NCBI GenBank assembly: GCA_964572205.1
Contig: CAZNEO010000004.1
Coordinates: forward strand, 3,185-67,184
Reading direction: 5' to 3'
Length of the DNA stretch: 64,000 bases
Source: an uncultured Sphingorhabdus sp.
GTDB lineage: Bacteria > Pseudomonadota > Alphaproteobacteria > Sphingomonadales > Sphingomonadaceae
The notes below the pieces were generated by a model, which saw only the letters and a list, made by a program, of their open reading frames with translations, had not been told where the DNA came from and made no database searches. Shown here piece after piece: positions 56,516 to 64,000 of this stretch; positions within the stretch are counted from its first letter, which is position 1; each line of letters starts with the position of its first letter. The position numbers were made by a program, and so were the translations under genes.

Positions 56516-58687
56516 CTAGTTGAAGTTCCAGCGGATACCTAGCCAGATGGTGCGCGGCGTTGCGCGTTCGACAATGCCGCCTGATGATATCGCTGCCTCC
56601 ACCCGCGCGTCGAATAGGTTTTCGCCGCGCAATTCTATCCCCAATCCGCCGTCAAACCGGTAATAGAGCATGGCATCGGCGGTTAGCGCGGATTTGAGAC
56701 GGCGGCTATTGGCATCATCGTCAAATTGTCCGCTGGTGTAGCGCAGACCGAACGCCCCCTGCAGCCCGGAACCGCCTTGACCAAAATCAAGGCCAATATT
56801 GCCGCCATGATGCGGCACCTGCGCCGGGCGCAGGCCGTCTAGCGTAGCGGAAAGTCCACGGCCGCGCACCTTGGCATCAACATAGCTATAGGCCAGCCGA
56901 ACGCCCCAATAATCGTCAAGGGCAATGCGCGCATCAATTTCCAAACCCATGCTGATGATCGCATCGAGATTGGCCCGCCTGCGATAGGTGCCGCCCGCTG
57001 CGACAAAGCCGACACCGGGGAACAGCCCCGGCCCCTGGCCCAGGCTGAAATTGGCAATCGCATCGTCCAGTCGATTGTAAAACAGCGTGATGTCTGCGCG
57101 ATGATCCCGGTCCCAGCCATCATCGATAAAAGCAAGGCTAGCCTCTGCACCGATGATATTTTCGGGCGAGAGATTTTCGTTCGCCGCCGTTGCGTCTGCA
57201 CCCACCCGAAACGGTCGATAAAGCTCGTTCAGCGTTGGCAGTCGCCACCCCGTATAGGCAGATGCCTTCACGGACCAATAATCCGACAGCGTCAGCGCTG
57301 CCCCAAGGCGTCCAGTCACTTCGGTTCCGGAGCGGTCAGCAAAGCGCTCATCGGACCGCACATCGCCGCCGATGTTAACCTCACGGCGAAATCCGTCGCT
57401 TATGCGCCACTGGTCAATCCGCCCCCCGGCGCTGAAGATCAGCGTGTTGGAGGCATTCCAGGCCCCCTCGGCGAACAGGCCGAAACTGTCTGTTTGCCCT
57501 CCCGCGGTGCGAAGGCGTGTTGGCAAGCCGCCGACAAAGGTGAAATTCTCCCGTGTTTCCCCGCGCGTGCCCCGCCATTCGCCGCCCAGCCGCAATTCTG
57601 CCCTGTCGCCTACTGGTGGCCGGATCTCAAACCGCAGCCCAAGCCCCAGCGACGGTGTGGCAAATTGGTCCAGCGTCGGCGTCACCGATGCCCGCGTTGC
57701 CGATACTGCCCCAAATTCCGAGGTGAATTCGCGCAGCTGCGTATAGCCAGTTAGCATATAGGCCCAATTGCCCTGCCCGACCAGCCGCAGGCTTGCATCC
57801 AGACCATCATTGCTATTGTCGGAAAAATCCACACCACGGTCGCGCTTGTCAGTAAAGCCGCGCAAATTGACCTGCACATCGGTGGTATCGCCTGCGGGAA
57901 ACCAGAGGCGAAGGGCCGCGCCTGCCTGTTCATAGGGGGCGGTCCGGTCAACCGCGCCCCGCTGGCTCTCGATCACAGGCGCAAAGCCATCTCCACGGGC
58001 GTAGCTGCCTGACAGCGAAAGGGTCCCACTGCCAACCCATTCGAGGTAACGGCCCCGTGCCTCGATGCTGTTGCGGCTGCCATAGCCGATGGTGATGCTG
58101 TCGTCGCGCTGTTGCAGGCGCTGCACGCTTTCCAGTTCAATCACGCCTGCTAGCGCGCCTGGCCCGGCGGTCACCTGCCCCGCCCCTTTACGAATGCGTA
58201 CACCGCGCAAATTTACAGCATCAAGCCCCGGCCAAGCCACCCACCCACCAAAAGGATCAGCCTGCGGCACATCATCAATGAAAATCAACGCCCGGCTAGA
58301 GGCATTGCCGCCCAGTCCGCGCATAGTAACGCCCTGGCTTGTGGGATTGGCGGAGCGGCTGTCAGCTCGGCGAAACTGCTGCAACCCGGCGATCAAGGAC
58401 AGGCTCTGCTCGACCCGCCCGGTCGCTCCAAAAACGTCCCGTTCGGGCAATTCCAGCTTTGTTTCCGTGCACTCGGCCCTGCTATTTTCAAGGCTTCCTA
58501 CAACCACGATGCCCCCGCTCAGCAATTGGGTTCCAACGCTGCCATCCTCCTCTTCATAGGGAATTTCAAACAAGGCGGGAGCGGAACGGTAGCTGTCATC
58601 GCATGGCCCGCCGCCGATTTGCGCCATCGCCGCATCAGGCATGGCGGCAAATCCTGCCGCCGCGAGCAAAACCGCACGAACGCTCAT
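56516..58687 (-). CDS. TonB-dependent receptor
   Basis: Signal peptide, plug motifs (MRGLG, DDVP, GALAGVI), ENLFD, aromatic C-terminus WNFN. Confidence 0.9.
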   Translation of the reverse strand: MSVRAVLLAAAGFAAMPDAAMAQIGGGPCDDSYRSAPALFEIPYEEEDGSVGTQLLSGGIVVVGSLENSRAECTETKLELPERDVFGATGRVEQSLSLIAGLQQFRRADSRSANPTSQGVTMRGLGGNASSRALIFIDDVPQADPFGGWVAWPGLDAVNLRGVRIRKGAGQVTAGPGALAGVIELESVQRLQQRDDSITIGYGSRNSIEARGRYLEWVGSGTLSLSGSYARGDGFAPVIESQRGAVDRTAPYEQAGAALRLWFPAGDTTDVQVNLRGFTDKRDRGVDFSDNSNDGLDASLRLVGQGNWAYMLTGYTQLREFTSEFGAVSATRASVTPTLDQFATPSLGLGLRFEIRPPVGDRAELRLGGEWRGTRGETRENFTFVGGLPTRLRTAGGQTDSFGLFAEGAWNASNTLIFSAGGRIDQWRISDGFRREVNIGGDVRSDERFADRSGTEVTGRLGAALTLSDYWSVKASAYTGWRLPTLNELYRPFRVGADATAANENLSPENIIGAEASLAFIDDGWDRDHRADITLFYNRLDDAIANFSLGQGPGLFPGVGFVAAGGTYRRRANLDAIISMGLEIDARIALDDYWGVRLAYSYVDAKVRGRGLSATLDGLRPAQVPHHGGNIGLDFGQGGSGLQGAFGLRYTSGQFDDDANSRRLKSALTADAMLYYRFDGGLGIELRGENLFDARVEAAISSGGIVERATPRTIWLGIRWNFN

Positions 58688-59316
58688 TAAGGCTTCACAA
58701 CCTCTGGCGCAGCCTTTGCAAAGGCCTCCATAGCACGCAACGCCGCATCCATCCGCACCAGGTTGGGAAACGCCTCCAGCGGGGTCTCAAACCGCCGGGC
58801 ATTGGCCATTTGCGGCACAAGGCAGACATCGGCGAGGTTAGGCAGGTCGCCACCGAACAGGCCATTGTCCGGGGCCATCGCCTCCAGCGCGGCAAAGCCC
58901 TCCATGATCCAGTGCCGATACCAGTTGGCGGTCGCGGCCTCGTCTGCGCCAAATTCATCCTTCAGATATTGCAGGATGCGCAAATTGTTGATGGGATGGA
59001 TATCGGCCGCAATCAACAGCGCCTGCGCCAGCGTCTTGGCACGCGCCGCCGGATCGGATGAAACCATTGCAGGGTCAGGATATTTCGCGTCCAGATAGTC
59101 AATGATCGCAAGGCTTTGCGTCAGGTCATGCCCATCAATATGCAGCATCGGTACAAAGCCCTGCGGGTTGCGCGCCACATAATCCGCCTTTTTGTGCGAA
59201 GCATCCAGCAGGTTTGTCGGCACGGATGTGTAGGCAATCCGCTTCAGGTTTAGGGCAATCCTGACGCGGTAGGAGGCAGAGGAACGCCAATAGTCATAGA
59301 GGATAATTTCTGACAT
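58687..59316 (-). CDS. maiA: Maleylacetoacetate isomerase (GST zeta)
   Basis: YWRSSASYRVRIAL, NPQGFVP, DIHPINNL. Confidence 0.92.
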   Translation of the reverse strand: MSEIILYDYWRSSASYRVRIALNLKRIAYTSVPTNLLDASHKKADYVARNPQGFVPMLHIDGHDLTQSLAIIDYLDAKYPDPAMVSSDPAARAKTLAQALLIAADIHPINNLRILQYLKDEFGADEAATANWYRHWIMEGFAALEAMAPDNGLFGGDLPNLADVCLVPQMANARRFETPLEAFPNLVRMDAALRAMEAFAKAAPEVVKP

Positions 59317-59372
59317 GCACTTCGCCTAGCATATGCTAAGCGCAGGCACAGAGAAAAAAAGGAGAGCGATTC

Positions 59373-59798
59373 ATGCGCACAGTGCTGGCTTCTTTGGTTA
59401 CCCTTTCGGCCATTGGCGGCATCATCACGGCTGCTCACGCCGCTGCCTCTATCAGCGGTCGCTGGACGACGAAAGAAAAGGACGCAATCATTGAAATCGC
59501 GCCATGCGGCGCGAACATGTGCGGCAAAATCAGCAAATATCTGAAAACCCCGCCCAATGGCGTGGATCAGAAAGATGAGAACAACCCCAACAAAGCGCTG
59601 CGCACGCGCAAGGTTCTGGGGATCAACATCCTTTCGAATCTGAAAGAGGACGGTGAAAAATGGCGCGGCACGATCTATGATCCGCGCAACGGCAAAAGCT
59701 ATCGGTCTGTCGTTTACAAACAGAAGAACGGCAATTTGAGCGTGGAGGGCTGCATTGGCCCGATCTGCCAAAAACAGGTTTGGACGCCTGCGAGTTAA
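59373..59798 (+). CDS. DUF2147 family exported protein
   Basis: GRW.T, C...CG.I, D.NNP, G.IYDPRNGKSY, GC. Confidence 0.88.
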   Translation: MRTVLASLVTLSAIGGIITAAHAAASISGRWTTKEKDAIIEIAPCGANMCGKISKYLKTPPNGVDQKDENNPNKALRTRKVLGINILSNLKEDGEKWRGTIYDPRNGKSYRSVVYKQKNGNLSVEGCIGPICQKQVWTPAS

Positions 59799-59821
59799 AT
59801 AGGGACTGTCCCTATTTAACT
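59793..59821. repeat. Perfect palindrome (14-bp arms, GGGACTGTCCC core) spanning two convergent stop codons
   Basis: agttaaatagggac-t-gtccctatttaact. Confidence 0.85.
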
Positions 59822-60659
59822 ATGCCTTGATTTTCCAGCCGGAGCGCAGCAGCGCGTAGGTGCCAATCCCCAGCAGGATGTTGACAATCAGCAGCACTGT
59901 GCCGCCCAGCCAGATGTCGGAATCTGTCCTGCCCAGAAAGCCATAGCGGAAGCCGGAAATGATATAGAAGAACGGGTTGGCGTGGCTGATCGCCTGAAAA
60001 GTGGGCGCAAGGCGATCGACCGAGTAAAATGTGCCGGACAAAAGTGAGAGCGGCGCGATGACGAAATTGGTGACAGCGGCATTATGGTCGAATTTTTCTG
60101 CCCAGATTGACGTGATGATCCCAAGGAAAGAGACAAACGCCGCCCCCATGAAGCCGAACCACAAGGCGGCAATCGGCTGTTTCAGCGTCACATGGACGCC
60201 GGGCCAGAACAGCATGACCAGCCAGACCGCGCCGCCCACAAAAAAAGCGCGGGTTATGGCTGCACCGACCATCGCCGCCAGCAATTCAACGTTGGATACG
60301 GGCGGCATCAGATAGTCGACGATTGTCCCCTGAATCTTGCCCACTAAAAGCGAAAAACTGCTATTGGCGAAAGCATTCTGGATCATGGCCATGGCAATCA
60401 GGCCGGGCGCAATGAAATCAGGGAATGGCACACCCAGCACCGTCGCGCCATCGCGGCCAAGAGCAACGGTGAATATTACAAGGAACAGTAGCGTCGTAAC
60501 CGCAGGCCCCCAGATCGTCTGGAGCTGAACCTTCATGAAGCGGCGTATTTCCTTGAGATAGAGCGTTTTCAGCCCCACCCAGTTGACGCGGCCGATGATG
60601 CGTTCCGGCGGCAGCCCTTGCGCGCCACTGCTTGCGACATTAGATTTGTTGATACTCAT
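59820..60659 (-). CDS. ABC-2 type transporter permease (YadH-like)
   Basis: KEIRRF, FIAPGL, LSGTFYS, NPFFYIISGFRYGF; probable start ATG 60659. Confidence 0.9.
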   Translation of the reverse strand: MSINKSNVASSGAQGLPPERIIGRVNWVGLKTLYLKEIRRFMKVQLQTIWGPAVTTLLFLVIFTVALGRDGATVLGVPFPDFIAPGLIAMAMIQNAFANSSFSLLVGKIQGTIVDYLMPPVSNVELLAAMVGAAITRAFFVGGAVWLVMLFWPGVHVTLKQPIAALWFGFMGAAFVSFLGIITSIWAEKFDHNAAVTNFVIAPLSLLSGTFYSVDRLAPTFQAISHANPFFYIISGFRYGFLGRTDSDIWLGGTVLLIVNILLGIGTYALLRSGWKIKA

Positions 60660-60726
60660 CGCGCAATCGACTAGGGGCTTGCGCTTTGCGCGGCAAGTCT
60701 GACCGCAAGATTTTTTTGGAGCATCC

Positions 60727-61383
60727 ATGAGCTGGACTGACGAGCGGATCGACCGCCTTAAAACAATGTGGGAAAATGGCCTGACCGCCAGCCAGATCGC
60801 CGATGAACTGGGCGGCGTTTCCCGCAATGCCGTAATTGGCAAGGCGCACCGCCTAGGCCTGAAGTCACGTCCGTCGCCGGTCAAATCGAACGACAGCGAA
60901 CCGAAAACGACCGCTGCACCCAAGCCCAAGGCAAAAGCAGTTGAAAAGCCTGCATCGCCGCGCCCGCAGGCCGCGGCGCCCGTGGAGCGTTCAGTCAACC
61001 CCGGCCCGCCGATCACTCTGCCGCCCACGCCGCCGCGCGCGGATATTCCGAAAATTGTTTCGATCGGCCCCGGCGGGTTCATGCGCCAAGGCCCCGGCGA
61101 CCAGCAGGCACCGATCCCGCCTGCACCGCCGCGTAGGCTTGTCCCTGCCAAGCCCAGCCCGGAGATCGCCGACAAGACCAGCCTGTTGGACCTGTCTGAT
61201 CGTGTTTGCCGTTGGCCGATGGGCCACCCCGGTGAGCCTGATTTCCATTTTTGTGGTGAGGCGGTCAATCCCGGCTTTCCTTATTGCGTGGAACATTGCG
61301 GACGTGCCTATCAGGCGCAATTGCCGCGCGGTGTCCGTCGCCCCCCGCCGCCCATGCCCTTTGGCGGGCCGAGGGTCCGCTAA
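60727..61383 (+). CDS. gcrA: Cell-cycle regulator GcrA
   Basis: MSWTDERI..LK.MW, SRNAVIGKAHRLGL, CRWPMGHP, PYCVEH. Confidence 0.95.
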   Translation: MSWTDERIDRLKTMWENGLTASQIADELGGVSRNAVIGKAHRLGLKSRPSPVKSNDSEPKTTAAPKPKAKAVEKPASPRPQAAAPVERSVNPGPPITLPPTPPRADIPKIVSIGPGGFMRQGPGDQQAPIPPAPPRRLVPAKPSPEIADKTSLLDLSDRVCRWPMGHPGEPDFHFCGEAVNPGFPYCVEHCGRAYQAQLPRGVRRPPPPMPFGGPRVR

Positions 61384-63459
<2,076 letters not shown>

Positions 63460-63504
63460 GTGATGGGGCGGCCTCAACGCCACCGGAGACAGAGGAGAAG
63501 GATA

Positions 63505-64000
63505 TTGCGATCCCATTTGATGCTTGTCGCGCTGGTTTCAGCCCTTTCGCTTTCGGCCTGCACCACGGTTTCGGCGGCCACGCCCAGAAACAAGATCAAA
63601 ACGGTTGATGCCGCCAAGACCGATCCGAAAATCAAGGCCAATTCACCGCTGGATAAGCGGATCAAGCAGCTTGATGCGATCATCAAGGCAGAATTGGCCC
63701 CCGACCAATATTTCGCACCCAGCTTCCTCGCGGCGATTTCAGCTGCGCAGGTCGTTTCCATTTTCGACAGCTTTATCGCGCAGCATGGAAAGCCTGTGCA
63801 GCTGCTGTCCGCGACGCCGCGGGGCAAGCATGGGGCAACGGTGCAATATGCCTTTGAGCGATCCGTTGCGACCATAGAGATTGATATCGCCCAAGCCGAC
63901 GACAACAAGGTTATCGGCATGTTGTTTACAGGCTTTACCGTGCCGGAGGACACGCTGGAACGCGTGGCCGCCGATATCAACGCTTTGCCCGGGCGAACCG
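63505..64000 (+). CDS. Lipoprotein, probable serine hydrolase/beta-lactamase-like N-terminus; truncated by window edge
   Basis: TTG start after GGAGAAGGA; LSAC lipobox; FAPSFLAAI motif; frame open to the end. Confidence 0.6.
   Translation, partial: MRSHLMLVALVSALSLSACTTVSAATPRNKIKTVDAAKTDPKIKANSPLDKRIKQLDAIIKAELAPDQYFAPSFLAAISAAQVVSIFDSFIAQHGKPVQLLSATPRGKHGATVQYAFERSVATIEIDIAQADDNKVIGMLFTGFTVPEDTLERVAADINALPGRT

Noticed and set aside
60660-61268. 482-aa permease with a long N-terminus
   Set aside because: The extension is the antisense shadow of gcrA

Overview
Core-chromosome window of an alphaproteobacterium, most likely Sphingomonadaceae. This is inferred from gcrA, the secB/Tim44/mltA/smr block, the rpmH-rnpA-yidD-yidC-engB operon, the dnaA-rpsT-mutM block and sphingomonad-style palindromic repeats. 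About 60 CDSs are present, mostly housekeeping (priA, map, comM, dapE, murJ, trpS, dnaA, gltX, ung, parE). Accessory genes are interspersed: a RES-Xre toxin-antitoxin pair, a low-GC KAP-type P-loop NTPase, a type III PKS plus methyltransferase pair, phoD and phoX, and tandem S9 peptidases. I saw no rRNA, tRNA, CRISPR array, integrase or transposase. Most interesting observations: (i) two TTGACA-17-(-10) promoters, each overlapped by an alphaproteobacterial LexA box, that point at no obvious SOS gene and share a downstream motif; (ii) a cluster of degenerate SRAP, NRDE read through into an S9 peptidase, and a catalytically dead S9 paralog, where the two S9 genes share a nearly identical 60-bp 3' end; (iii) several palindromic repeat families, two inserted in-frame in genes (rnpA, smr) and one pair of arms enclosing a small ORF; (iv) a Pseudomonas-type gltX. 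All product calls come from motif recognition by eye, not database searches, and GC statements are visual estimates.
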